NCBI GenBank assembly: GCA_023213395.1 | Contig: CM041465.1 | Location: 166,725,741 to 166,789,740, forward strand | From: Cycas panzhihuaensis | Taxonomy: Eukaryota; Plantae; Cycadophyta | Direction: 5' to 3' | Length of the DNA: 64,000 nucleotides | Part shown: positions 13,290 to 25,603 of the stretch, piece by piece | Numbering within the stretch: position 1 is the stretch's first letter | Layout of the letters: every line of letters begins with the position of its first letter | Program-made: the position numbers and the translations under genes | Notes under the pieces: model-generated | Told to the model about the DNA's origin: nothing | The model's input: only the letters and a program-made list of their open reading frames with translations | Databases searched by the model: none

Positions 13290-15277
13290 GTCCTTCATTG
13301 TCCCCAAATGATCCACACTCATCATTTTTAGAATTTTTATTTTTCTGTTTGAGTAACTTTTGGCTTCAACATTGAACAATTTGAAAATTTCAAGTGCTTT
13401 TGATTTGTGTTCGAGAAGGTAGACTCAATTCTTCTTGGTACAATCATCAATAAGATTTATGAAGTAATTTGCATCTTTAAATGATGTAGTTGAGAATGGT
13501 CCACATAGGTCACCATGATCCAATTCCAACTTCTTCTTTGCTCTCCACTAGATTTCAACAAATTGATTTCTACATTGTTTTTCAAGTGCACACACACATT
13601 ACAGACTTTGTTATTGTTCTGCACTGAAGGCAAGCCATGCACCATGTACAACTTGTTAGGCAACTACAAATTTGTGTAGTCCAAATGGTCTTATGTATCA
13701 TGCCATGAGGTATAAATAGGCATTAGTTGTAACAAGATCAAGTTCAAACACTTGAGACAACATATACAAACCATTATCAAGGGCTCCTCGGGCAACTACA
13801 TTGTTACTCTTCTTGATGAGATACTTGTATTTGCCAAACCCAACCTTCATGTTTTGTTTGGTGATTTGATCGATAGACAGGAAGTTTTTAAAGGTGGGAA
13901 CATGCAGCACATTCAAACACACTTCCATGCCCATCAGCACTGTGGTGCCTGCTGTCTCCCAATAGAATAGTTACATCTTAACCATTAAAATCAGCGAACT
14001 GGTCTTTTCTATGTGAGATGTGTTTAGTGGCTCTAGAGTCAATGAACCACATAGCATCACTCCTCTCAATTGGTGTTGCAGTCATGGAAATAGTGTTAAT
14101 ATCTTTGTCTTTATCTAGAGATAGAGTATTAGATTCTTTGTTCTTAGGATTAAGATGTGGATGCAATTTCCAGCAATCCTTCCTCAAATGATTGGGCCTA
14201 CCACAATGAGTGCATGCCACAATAGGCTTTTGTCACTTTGTGGCTTGTTTTGATTGTTGTGATGGGCCTTGGTTAAACTTTGGCCCTTTGTTCTGCTTAG
14301 TTTTCACCTTTAGATCTTCCTCATCATTGGAACTACCATTATACATCTGTAATTTTTGCTCTTCGTGTAAGAGCAAGCCACATAACTACTCAAATGTTAG
14401 TGGAGTTATCCTTTCTGTCAAACTCAAACTGGTTACAAAAATGCGAAAGCATTGAAGAAGTCTATTTATGTAAACCCTGATTGCCAAACTTCGGGAGCCT
14501 TAGGGAAATGAGGAATTAATAGGGTTTGGTGGACAAAGAGGACACTTCCAAGAATAACATTTTGAAACATGCTCAGTTGGGCATGTCAGATGACAGAATC
14601 TCAACTGGAGCGAAGATTGAATCTATGGAGGAGATAGTTGCATTTTGTAGTTAATGCGGGTTACAAATTCAAGAGGAAGAAACTTACAATATCGTAGCTA
14701 CTCACCACTCTTTTGGCTGATTGATCTTCCAATATGTCAGTTTCAACAACTCTTGTTCTTACATTTCTTCTTAGCTGCTTGGCTTAGGTATCTGGTTCAA
14801 ATATTTGTGGGCATCAGCACTATGGATGCTAACAAGGTCTTTATCACTGATATTCTCACCTTCAACTACAAGTTGATCTCTAATCTCTATTAATCTCTGG
14901 AGGTGTAGAGTTACAGATTTGTTCTGATTTAACTTTAAACCATACGATTGATTTCTTAAACATAGGGTGTGAATCTCATTCGTTGACTTGTACAAATCTT
15001 TTAAAATTCTCCAGGCTTTTATTGAAAATTGTGCTGCCTGCAAGTAAACAATGATATCATTTTTGACTGACATGTTAATAATTGGCAAATCTTCTGCCCT
15101 GTCTTCAAACTCAGCAGGTTTGCCTCTCTTGTGGTTTTTTCTTTGTTCTGTTAACAGTTGTCATCAATATTCTCAAGATCAAAATGTTGAAAATTTGAAT
15201 TTCCAAATAGCATAATTTTGCTCATTTAATTTATGTGCATTCGGTAGCATGAAACCAGAAAGATTAGTATCATCCAT
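13290..15277 (-). pseudogene. gag-PR-integrase (partial) of element A
   Basis: MDDTNLSGFMLPNAHKLNEQNYAIWKFK start; CTHCGRPNHLRKDC knuckle; WFIDSRATKH protease; GAG-pre-integrase and integrase N-part; frameshifted. Confidence 0.85.
14469..14816. mobile_element. Solo-LTR-like insertion (348 bp) in gag of A
   Basis: TGTAAA...CATCA termini; removing it rejoins gag (..IVL|NRLLQ..); no TSD evident. Confidence 0.55.
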
Positions 15278-16395
15278 TTTTTGTGCAAAATTATAAAGAA
15301 ATCTTATGCCAAATAGACTGCAAGTGTGAATTTACAGAAAAAATTCAGAGGCTGCAAGGTCTTTACAAAAAAGTTGATTAAAAAAGACTTAAAAGTAGCT
15401 TCAAAAGAAAAAAAAAAAATATAGAGTTCAACCCCTTTTGGGCTGAACCAGCCTCACATAAAGATCATTAAATGATCACAGGCTAAAGAAACAAAGGGGG
15501 TAGACCTAAGGAATTATTAGAAACAGTTAAATTAACATGAAACATTTGGGGAAAAATGTATATTTTAAGAAAATCCTGGTCTAGGATTTGATTTTTCTCT
15601 CCGCCGCTACCCTGTTCATAACTTCTTTGGCGCCTTTGTTGTGAGGACCGGATGGGCCAAGAAATCTCTGAGGAAGGGTCTAGAGACTGTCAATGGGCTT
15701 GTAGGGTGCCCAGAGATCACACCGTTCATTAAAAACTTGCCCAATGCAGTTAAAAGTTTCTTAACCACTGTTGCTTCTCAATTTGTCATGATGGTTGCAT
15801 GGGCCTCCGATTGACTAAACCAAGATTTCTACAGCACCAGAGGGCTTGGATAATAATCTTTGAGATCAATACCCCAACACAAATTCAATTTTTGGTCTCC
15901 AACACTCACATGAAAAATCACAGCCATGACCACCCTTTTCTTTTTATCACCTAGCTTCTCATTAAGCACACAAGTATTAAATTTGCTTGTTTAGCAAGCG
16001 ATTGAGTCAGTATGCTAAAAAAAACAGTTTCTTGTCAGGTAGAGATGCTAAAATCTGCAAAAAAATGATGCCCACGGTTATTTTGTGCTAAACAGCCATC
16101 TGCAGCTCAGAATTTCAAATTTGAGTCGATCTCTTTGCCAACAGCTGCCAAGAATTCAAAATACAAACATGCAAGTTGCTTATCCAACGATTTCATTTCT
16201 GTAGGGTCAAGAACCTGCCTAGAGTGTTCTCAGCATGCTGACAAGACAGTGAAAACTCCTCTCTTCAGCTCCAATCAAAGATGCTTGCAAATACCTCTAA
16301 TTTGTGTGTAAATCTACTGAAAATAACCAATGCCAAGGAAGAAACTCACCCTTGCTACACTCACATGCGCAGAATTGAAGGCAGTTATGATACCA

Positions 16396-16679
16396 TGTTA
16401 GAAAAATCGGCAATGCATACACATTAGAAATTATTGAAAGCAAAAGCTTTACTTCTTGATTTTCATTCATGAGAATATGTCCATATAAATACAAAGTTTT
16501 GAAAGGAGAAACACCTAGAAGGATCTAGGTACGAGTGACACCTCAAGATACATGAGGTGCATCTAGGTGCATGAACAATACTTTAGCAAGGAGATACAAT
16601 GAACTTGAGAGGGAAGTTATAAGTGTACTTTTTTAGAAACAAGCCCCCCTATCACATGGATTAAACATTTGTTCTAACA
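16396..16679 (-). repeat. 5' LTR of element A
   Basis: TGTTAG...CTAACA, adjacent to the PBS complement GATACCA. Confidence 0.88.
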
Positions 16680-16705
16680 GTACAAGAAGTGATCCTCTAA
16701 CCAGC

Positions 16706-16887
16706 GTGCTCGATTGTGGATATCTGCTTGAATTAACTTGCCAAGATACCAAGGTATTATTGTTTCATTGCTGTGGTCATATAGGATATACAAGAAGTGC
16801 TTGATTGTGGATATCCACTTGAATTAACTTGCCAGAATACCAAGGTATTATTGCTTCATTGCTGTGGTCATATAGGATATACAAGAA
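16706..16887. repeat. Tandem duplication, 2 x 91 bp
   Basis: GTGCT(C/T)GATTGTGG...GGATATACAAGAA at 16706-16796 and 16797-16887. Confidence 0.9.
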
Positions 16888-18206
16888 GGGTTATTAAATT
16901 CCCCGCTGCCTTTTTGGGATAGTCTTGTCCTTGAATCTCTCTCCTCAAAAGTGCTAACCATAGGTTCCAACTTAAAAGAAACTAAGTTCTTTTGTATCTT
17001 GATATCTTGATCCCTTGCGTAGGTGATTATAATTTTGAAATGTTTTTCATTTTCTGTGCATTTGAGGCACATTTCTCAAGAAGCTCCTGGGAAATGGGCC
17101 CAAAATGTGAGCTTTTTGAAGGAAAGGTAAAATGACACATACCGTACCATGTCTGCTGGTGGAAAAAAAGATGTCCATCAACCAATCTGTCAAGATTCAA
17201 TGCATAGAATGGGTTTACCGATTCTAGATGGTGAGTTGTTCCATGCATGTTAGTATATGCACATGCTGCAAGCCTTGTCTTACTTCTGAATTGGAATCAC
17301 TAGGGTTTCAAGGCGGGTTTTACTGGGTTTATTGTTTCATGTACTAATGATCTCTTGATCTAAATCTTTATTTTGTTTTTTTTGAAGCGGTGGATGATGA
17401 CAAGGCTTTATCATGGGAAGGGTTGTGGCTTTGGTGAAAGTTATCTAATAGGCTTGCATTCTTTCTCTAGGTATCGACTTTAGAAGTAAATTTTGAAGAA
17501 AAATCTAATACTTGCTGTATGCCCTGACAGGATTAAGACATTTCAAGTTTAATGCCTTGTTGGGGCAAATAATTGCAATACACTCTATAATGCCCTTCCT
17601 TGAATAGTTCCAGCTTTCTTGATTTGGGGAGATGTCTGCATATGCATGCTGAGGTTCAAAATCTTTTTGGAGTGACATCATTGTTGTGGTGTTGGAATGT
17701 AATGTACATTTCCCATAAATTTTTCTAAAGCTTTCTGAAGGTTTTCAACCATTGAGATCCAAGTATTGCGTCTACAATTCCATGTTATAATATGGAGTTG
17801 ATTGATATGTCTACATTGAGGTGCATTCTTTACGCAGCTTCACACCATTGCACCAAAACTCTTAGGTACAGCCGTTGCAGTACTTTCTACTGTGCCACTT
17901 TTTGGCTTGCTAAAATAATCTGGGCCTTTGTGCCAATAAACACAGTTCTTCTCAAGTTTTTTTTCTGCACCTTACTCCCCAAAATGAAAAATACAGTTGT
18001 GAAATGTTGACTGTATGTAAAATAGGATTTTTATTGCTGATTTTAGTAATGGGCTTTTTTGTGCGAACAGTTCGGATATTCATTTTTAGGTTTAAAAATA
18101 ATCTAGGTGTTGGTGGCATTTTGTCTATGTTATGTACTGAGGTAAAGCATGCAGACAAGTGTAGAGTTCATGACCAATTTTTATTTAATGAATGTGAAAT
18201 ATATGA

Positions 18207-18395
<189 letters not shown>

Positions 18396-18489
18396 TAAAC
18401 TATAGAGTACCGTGAATGCCACATTTTCCTTGATGCTTTTGTTGAATATCACACCTTCAGGTTCTCTGAGCATGTTTGTTATGTTTCAG

Positions 18490-18646
18490 AACAATGATAC
18501 AGAATATGATAAAAGAGGGCAAGATCGTACCCTCGGAAGTGACAGTGAAGCTCCTGCAGAAGGCGATGCAGGAAAATGAGAATGATAAATTTTTGATTGA
18601 TGGGTTCCCTAGAAATGAAGAAAACCGTGCAGCATTTGAGAATGTT
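18490..18646 (+). CDS. UMK: UMP-CMP kinase, next internal exon (NMP-binding, LIDGFPR)
   Basis: [52 protein letters not shown]|gtaagt; phase-compatible with the previous exon across a 140-bp GT-AG intron (18350-18489). Confidence 0.96.
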
Positions 18647-19511
18647 GTAAGTGCATTAGACCCCAAAAGTTGGATTTGGAGGGTTGAAATTTTGGTTGAC
18701 TAATCAAATTAATTTTTGAAATATTCTTTTAGTTGCAAAGCATGTTTAAAACAATTTCAAAGGTGCAGAACATGTTTAGAACAACTTCAAACTTTCCTGG
18801 GTGGTTGGATTGTTTCTTAGCATGCAAATACATGTTTTATGGTTAGAGTATTGAATTATTTTACCTGAAGCATACTTACATTGAAACTCCAAAGCATTGA
18901 AAGTTTCAATTCAATTGAAATGCTGTGAAACATAGTTTGGTGAGGACCAGAGCTTGTAAGAAGTGGCACCTCAAAATGTGAAATGTTTCAATTCAATTGT
19001 GTGTGATATGGTCAACATGGGAAATGCTTGAATTCAATTGAGATACTCTGAAATATGTTTTGATGAGGATCAGACTATGTGAAATGGTCAATGCAGGCTT
19101 GACTCTGAACATATTAAAATGTGGATTCAGCCATATATCATCTTTTTCTTTAAATCTATTTAAAATTTGAAGTTCTAAGTTGCACAATACATGAATACTG
19201 ATGCAGGGTCAGGTTTGTCTGTGCACTGGCAGTTTAAAAGTTTCCTTTGTATAAGGATATGAAATTTTTGGATGTGCAGCATTTGGTAGCCTAAAAATCT
19301 GTCATATAGGGACATGGAAAATTGGTTTAAGAAAACATAAAAATAAAAATGGCCAATATGGAATCTGAAGTTTTCAATGTGACACGAACCAACATTTGGG
19401 ATAAGACAATTACTTTCTAGTATATGTATGGTGTATTTATCTTTTAATACCATTTGTAGGGTAGGGCAGGTGTTGATGGCAGTTGGACAAGATCAGCAAG
19501 GGGATCTAATA

Positions 19512-19672
19512 CATCCCCAAGGGAGGGTAAGGAGCTTGAATACCAATTTATATGATCCCAAGGGAGGGCAAGGAATTCTAATACAGTTTGTTATGATCCC
19601 AAAGGAGGTCAGGGAGCTCTGGTAACTATTGATACTAAGGGAGGACGTCAGGGGACTCTGGTAACTATTGAT
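19512..19672. repeat. Degenerate minisatellite, ~4 x 36-42 bp
   Basis: Recurring GATCCCAAGGGAGG..AGG.A.CT.. units. Confidence 0.7.
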
Positions 19673-20240
19673 CATTTCAGGTCTCCTAGCGATGCATTCC
19701 TCAGTTGTTCCATAGATCATATTGTTGTATGTGTTGTTCCTCTAAGGTGTTCTGCTGCTGGTGCCTTTTCTTGGCGGTGCTACTCCTCTAGTAGATGCTT
19801 TTCTGATGAGTCTTCTCTTGCAGAGTGCCTTTCCAATGGCCTATCTTTTGCAAGTGTCGTTCCAAGGAATCAAGGGGACCGTTGCTCATTTACATGTGAC
19901 ATTCCAAAGCACAAACAATTGGTGTATGCTAAACTGGAATGGATGAATTTTTGTCGGATTGCTAAGCTCTCTCTTTGACTGATTTGTAGTATGCTGAAAA
20001 GGGTTATGCTGGAGCTGTCGGAATCCACTTCTAGCCTTGGAGTTGCTACAAAACATAGGTGAACACATTACAAATCCAGAGAATAATTCAAAGGAGGAAC
20101 CTAGAGTTCTTTCTTCTATTTTGTAACTTAACATGAATGTGTATGTGTACAATGGAATGTGGTCCCTCACTATTTAAAAATGCAAGAATTTAGCATCATT
20201 AGTAGCTAGGATACAGGTAGGTGCAGTTATAAGAAAACGA

Positions 20241-20348
20241 ACAAGTATCTACTGATGACAAGTACTTCAAAATTGAAAAATAATTGCAACAAATACAAGT
20301 ATCTACTGATGACAAGTACTTCAAAATTGAAAAATAATTGCAACAAAT
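20241..20348. repeat. Perfect tandem duplication, 2 x 54 bp
   Basis: ACAAGTATCTACTGATGAC...TTGCAACAAAT at 20241-20294 and 20295-20348. Confidence 0.95.
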
Positions 20349-20611
20349 ATATAAGCATCTATTGATTACATCTAACCATTTCTGACTAAAACTAGCTTAT
20401 CTACTCCTAAACTAAAGTCACTTTTTGGGCTCTAAGTGAACTTAATATTCAAAAAGATCAAACATACATATGTCATATTTAGTGTTATGTTTATGGATGC
20501 TTGAGTAATTTGTTAATTGAGCCTCTTGGTTTAGGAAAACATTGTCCCCAATTTTGAGGCTTTGTGGGATGTAGGAAACTCCTTCCAGCTCATTAGGGAA
20601 TTGTCGCAAGT

Positions 20612-23600
20612 TGTTGAGAATGTTAGACTTTAGAGACTCAAATATTAGAATATTATTGTAATGCACATTTATACAAGTAGGTGGTCTATAGTTTATTAGT
20701 CAATTAATAGGTGATATATCATTAGTCGTGTTAGAGATTGGTGGGTTTCACGTATCCCACTCCTCATCCTACATATTCTCACTTGTGGTGTATAAATAAG
20801 TGAGCAAGGTAGATTAAAGCACATTGAGTAAAGATGGAAATTATTGTGGTGTCATTATTGTGGAGTCATTATGATGTAGACATTTCTAATTATGAGTTAA
20901 TGCTATATCCATTATGTTCGTGATGTTTGTTTCAATGTTCTTGATATTAAATGATCTCTATTAAATAATTTAACATGGTATCAGAGTAGGTTGGTTGTCA
21001 AGCTCAACGTTTTGCAAGTTCACCAATTCATTATTGACGTGTGTGGAGGTGGCTCTGTAGAGCCGATTGTTAGATTGAAGTTCTGCTTGTACATGGTGAA
21101 ACCCTAAGGTCGTCATTGTTGCAAGTTGTGCCAAGCCAATGATTGTAATTGATGCAAGACAGAATTGTTATCGGGTAATACTGTTCATTTACTGTGTTTT
21201 GTGAAGATAGCTATGCGCTAGGGTTTATCTTGTAAAGAAATTGGTTGATGTGAATTTGTGAAATTGAAACTGGGATGCATGGAAAAGTGATGACATGAAA
21301 TTATTTCCATGAATCTGAATATGCTGGCTATTGATTTTTATTTGTATGGTGAAAGTGGTGGTTCTGTACCTACAAATGCCTATTAGGGTTTGTGTTGGAA
21401 ATTATTGAGGATTTGATTGGTGAATTTTTAAGTCAACTATCAAGTTTATGTAAAATTGTCTCTCTGGAGAAATTCTGTCATGAATAGACCCTGCATGCAG
21501 AGAGAAGCTAGCCACTTCTGTAAAATCCTAACTGCTGCATGATAAGAGATCCCTATGGAGTCAATTTCTTGCCCATAAAGGAAGAAATCTATTTGTAACG
21601 GAGACTGTCTGAAATCGTTCAATTCTGGAAGGAGACAACCATGGAAAAGAATGGAGTATTGAAGCAAACTATCGAGAAGGACGCTCATCGTTTGTGAAAG
21701 ATCAAGAGAGGAAAATATTATGGATTGAAGCCTGCACAATTTGTAGTAAGGAGAAGATTCAGGTGGCTGCTTGACTGTAGAAAGAAATGACCCCTTGCAT
21801 GGGATCTCTACAGAAGGAGGATGCTGCCTATTTCTGTGTTGGAAATTTTTTTTTTAAAGAACTTGCATAAGCATCTGTGTGAAGGGTTGCCCGTCAATAA
21901 CTGTCTGCTCGTCAATGGATAGCTGACCTTTAGTTGTGATGGAATGAGGAAGTCACCAAAGGAAAGAAATAGCCACAACCGTGGAAGAAAAGACCGTTGT
22001 CCAGAGTGATCGCCGGTAGATCAAAGAAATTGATGAAAGGAACAAAAATTGGAGTGCAAAGATTATGAGAGAACTGCTCGCAGTCGTAGAAAGACTTCAA
22101 CCGTTGAAGAAAACCTTGCAGCGTAAGCTTCATGGAAGGTTGCAGTTGGAAGGAAAGAGATTTGAGCCATGAAGCCATGGATAATGAATTTTGTTTGAAA
22201 AAGAGGAGGCTGCAGACACAACTAGCTGTAGTTGTGAAGACAGGTGTTTGTCAATGAAGAGAATTGTCTGCTTGTTCATAGTGTGCAGTCTCTTGCAAAG
22301 AGGATGAGGGTGCACACACTTGCTCAGTCGCGAAGCACAATAAAAGAATAGATGGATGATGTGAAGTGCTCATTAAAGGAGAGTTGCCATAGATGGAGAT
22401 TATGTGCCCGTAAGAGATCTCTACCTGCCCAACCATTGAAGAGAAAGCTGGATGCAGTAAAGGTTGCTGTGAATAGAATGCAGAGGAAGGATGATTCACC
22501 TGTGAAGATATCTTTGCATGGAGCTGTAACTGAAAAAATGAAGAAGGGAAAACGTCCATCGTCATCTGTGTGCTTAATCACTTGAGAGCAAGATACAGGG
22601 TTGCCTGTGTTGTCAATTGTAGTTGCTTAAAGGTAGAGGATGTGATGATATTTTTCGATTGACTCCAGATTGAGTCAATGAAGTCACTCAGCCATACAAC
22701 AGGCTTCACTTGCACTATGTAGTGATGAAAATAGTGAATAAAACCCTAGTGCAGTTGTGGGTTTATTCATGAGATGCATGTAGACAGACTGCAATGATTG
22801 CTAGAAAATCATGATCAGATTTGTTTAAACGATTTTTGAAGTTATTTGATCCTATCATTGCTGGTCGGAAAAATTTGCCTAGGTTTGATTTTCAAGTTAG
22901 AATTATATTTTTTTCAAAAATTTGAATCAAATTTAATTAGATTGAAATCCATCTAAAATTGCGAGTCTTAAATTTGATAAGGCAGATTTAATAATTTTTG
23001 CAAGGTCAAAAGTGGACTTGACAAGATTGGAATTTCATTTGAGATCCATTAGTTCCACTTTAGTTTAGTAGGTGTTCACGTGGCGAGCTTCAATGACCAG
23101 GGGCTAACCAACCTAGGGGCTTAAGGTCACCCTTCTTCGTTTTTGGTGTTTAAGAATGTCTTTTTACAATTTTTGCAATATCTCTTCAACCAAGCATGCG
23201 ATTTCCAAATCGTTTAAATTGCTAAAATCCTCATTCAGAATACTATTGTTGTTTGAAATGTGATTTAAGGTATTTTGCTGTTGATTTGATTAGGTTATTT
23301 CGGTTTGAAGTGGATTTATGAATCTTGTGTGATGCACCCTTGATCAATTCATTCTTATATAGTCATGGAGTTGAGTGACCATTGTTTTTGTACTTGAAAA
23401 GAACGAGTATTACTTAAAAGACCTTCCTTTTCTCTTACCTACGCACATGGGAACAAATTGTTGATGTTGGGAAATCAAAATAGAAAGTATATTTGTGTAC
23501 GAAAGGTTATGGAAAATTATCACTAATGGATATGATGCCTCAACTGATGTAGAAGGGGAAGAAAATTTTGGGAAGGAGAATAGAACAACAATTAATATTG

Positions 23601-23859
23601 TTTGTGCTGCATTAGATGAAGATAAACTTCCTTCTTCCTACTATTTTCTCATCCTTGCAATTCGTAATGCTGGTATTGTTAAAGAAGCTTGGAACATTTT
23701 GAAGGATATGAATGAAAAGATTCTTGAAGAGGTACAAGAGATTGTTGAAAAAGCAAACTAAATTATTGATGATTGTGACACAAGTAAAAAGGTATGCCAA
23801 GATATTGATGAAGAAATTGTGGGTATTGGTGATGAGAATAGTCCTAGTCTTATTTTCTA
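20612..23859 (+). mobile_element. Copia-derived element C (5' LTR, PBS, long leader, gag remnant); 3' part lost; relative of the non-autonomous element D
   Basis: LTR ~20612-20975 ending TAACA; PBS TGGTATCAGAG 20976-20986; leader and gag remnant (~23365-23860, WEIKIESIF..RLWKII..KEAWNILK) homologous to D; interrupted by E. Confidence 0.8.
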
Positions 23860-24810
23860 AGTAACAAGGAATTTAGGATACCTAATTATACATAACATTG
23901 TAAAAGTTACTTAGGGTACCTAATTATTAATTAGGTACACAAGTGACACGTGTCCTACATACAAACTAACTTGAGTTTGTATAAATATGTAAAACTTTCA
24001 AAGGAATGAATGAAGAAAAGAAAGTGAAGACATTCTTTCTTACCCTCTCCTCTGGCTTTATTTAGGTCCTGCCTTCTTGAGAAAACTCTGAGGCCTGAAG
24101 AATCTTCTTTTCCTGTGTACATTTTGTGCCTAAAGCAAGGAGGGCTAAGCAAAAAAACCATATCAATTGGTATCAGGGCCTAGTCGGTCTTTAGGAAGAA
24201 GACCTAAAAAATTTATTTTAGACGTCGTAGAGGTGTACGGATAGTCGTACAGACATTGTATAGAATTGTACGAACCAAGATGAAAGTACTCAAAATTCAA
24301 AAAAAATTTCACCAGGAGGAGCGCAATGGCACAAACAACAGATTTCTCCAAAGGGTCAAAGTCAGAATCTCATCCAAAACTGAGGAAATGATGAAAAAAC
24401 AAAGGGCACGGGTGAAAGGCTTCAACTACAAATTTCGTCCAAAAAACTCAGGCAAATCTCTTCAAATTTCTCTTGAAATCTTCATTATGAATAGATCTAT
24501 CTTTTAAGTATAGATTCACCGCATAAAATTATGTATTTTTTTAAGAAATAGCAAAAATAGCTATAAAACCCTAGTCACAAAAATAACTTTAGATGTAAAT
24601 ATCTCTCTTGAGAAGAAGCCAAATCAAAAACAGACTACAGATCCTGAAAGACGGCTCAAATATCTTTCATTTGAGACAATTTATTTTCTGACCATACATT
24701 TCTGCACGATGGTACAATCGTATTGATTTGTACATTTAGGCAAATTTTTGCATTTCTCTAGTTCTTTTTGATCTTCACACACATATATGTATTAGAAAAA
24801 AAAAATGCTA

Positions 24811-25030
24811 GAAGCCCTCTTCACAAGAAGGCATATCTCATTCAATTTCTTCTCGAGCATATTGCCATAAGCCCTCTTCATAGGCAGGCGCACCCCATCC
24901 ACGCTTCTTCTTCGCATCGGGCATACTGCCATAAGGCCTTTTTCACAGGCAGGTGTAACCCGTCCAAATTTATTTTTACAATTGTTTGGGTATATTGTTA
25001 TAAGCCCTTCCCATAGACAGGCGTACTCCA
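24811..25030 (+). repeat. Four ~45-bp repeats with short variable spacers in the leader of E
   Basis: GGCATATTGCCATAAGCCCTCTTCATAGGCAGGCG-like units near 24811 (partial), 24856, 24919, 24988. Confidence 0.75.
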
Positions 25031-25357
25031 CATACAATCAAGTCTCTTGATCAAGAGGATCAATCACATCCTAATGTCATTGAACTCTTAACACAACAGC
25101 TTCGAGAACAACGTCAGGATGCTCAAACTTTTCAGCAAAATTTGGTCTCCAGCATGATGACTATGCTTCAACAAATATCGCATCAACAAATTTTTCAACA
25201 GTCGTTTCGATTCAATCGACTCCATTCAAATTGGATGCTAAAATCACTATCCCACTTTTTGAAGGTACAATGAATGTAGACAAATTAGATGCATGGTTTC
25301 GAGGGTCTAGAAGCCTATTTCAAAACACAACAATTTACAGAGGCACAAAAAATAATG

Positions 25358-25603
25358 GTTGTTGAAGTACACATGGTGGAACAAGCACTAACATGGTGGC
25401 AATCATACTCCTGTTGATCCCAAAAGAGCTTAGTTGGTGAAGAAGTCAATTATCAACCTTTTCTCCTTGAAGTACACATGGTGGAACATAGTTGTTGAAG
25501 TACACATGATGGAACAAGCACTAACATGGTGGCAATCATACTCCTGTTGATCCCAAAAGAGCTTAGTTGGTGAAGAAGTCAATTATCAACCTTTTCTCCT
25601 TGA
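25358..25603. repeat. 113-bp duplication spanning the E/F insertion junction, with 20-bp filler
   Basis: 25358-25470 matches 25491-25603 with one substitution; filler 25471-25490 copies adjacent sequence. Confidence 0.92.

Larger units (their letters stand above)
7553..16679 (-). mobile_element. Ty1/copia element A, both LTRs, internally deleted, hosting element B and a solo-LTR-like insert
   Basis: Homologous LTRs 7553-~7794 and 16396-16679; PBS TGGTATCA on - strand (16388-16395); PPT complement ~7795-7802; flanks GTATA/GTACA; RNaseH tail TQDQLAYIF ~7810-7920. Confidence 0.88.

Noticed and set aside
15280-16385. Captured gene in the leader of element A
   Set aside because: No recognisable protein motif; consistent with an ordinary long 5' leader.
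17066-17126. Possible first coding exon (MGPKCELFEGK|gtaaaa)
   Set aside because: No recognisable homology, and no linking exon supplying VFVLG was found.
18090-18141. AG...GT-bounded segment as the preceding UMP-CMP kinase exon
   Set aside because: It does not encode the expected V-F-V-L-G, and the compatible frame opens with a stop codon.
19460-19555. tag|GGTAGG as the GR.DDN exon of the kinase
   Set aside because: The translation diverges immediately (GRAGVDGSW) and runs into a minisatellite.
24811-25030. CRISPR-like array
   Set aside because: Eukaryotic retroelement context, degenerate repeats, short irregular spacers and no cas genes.
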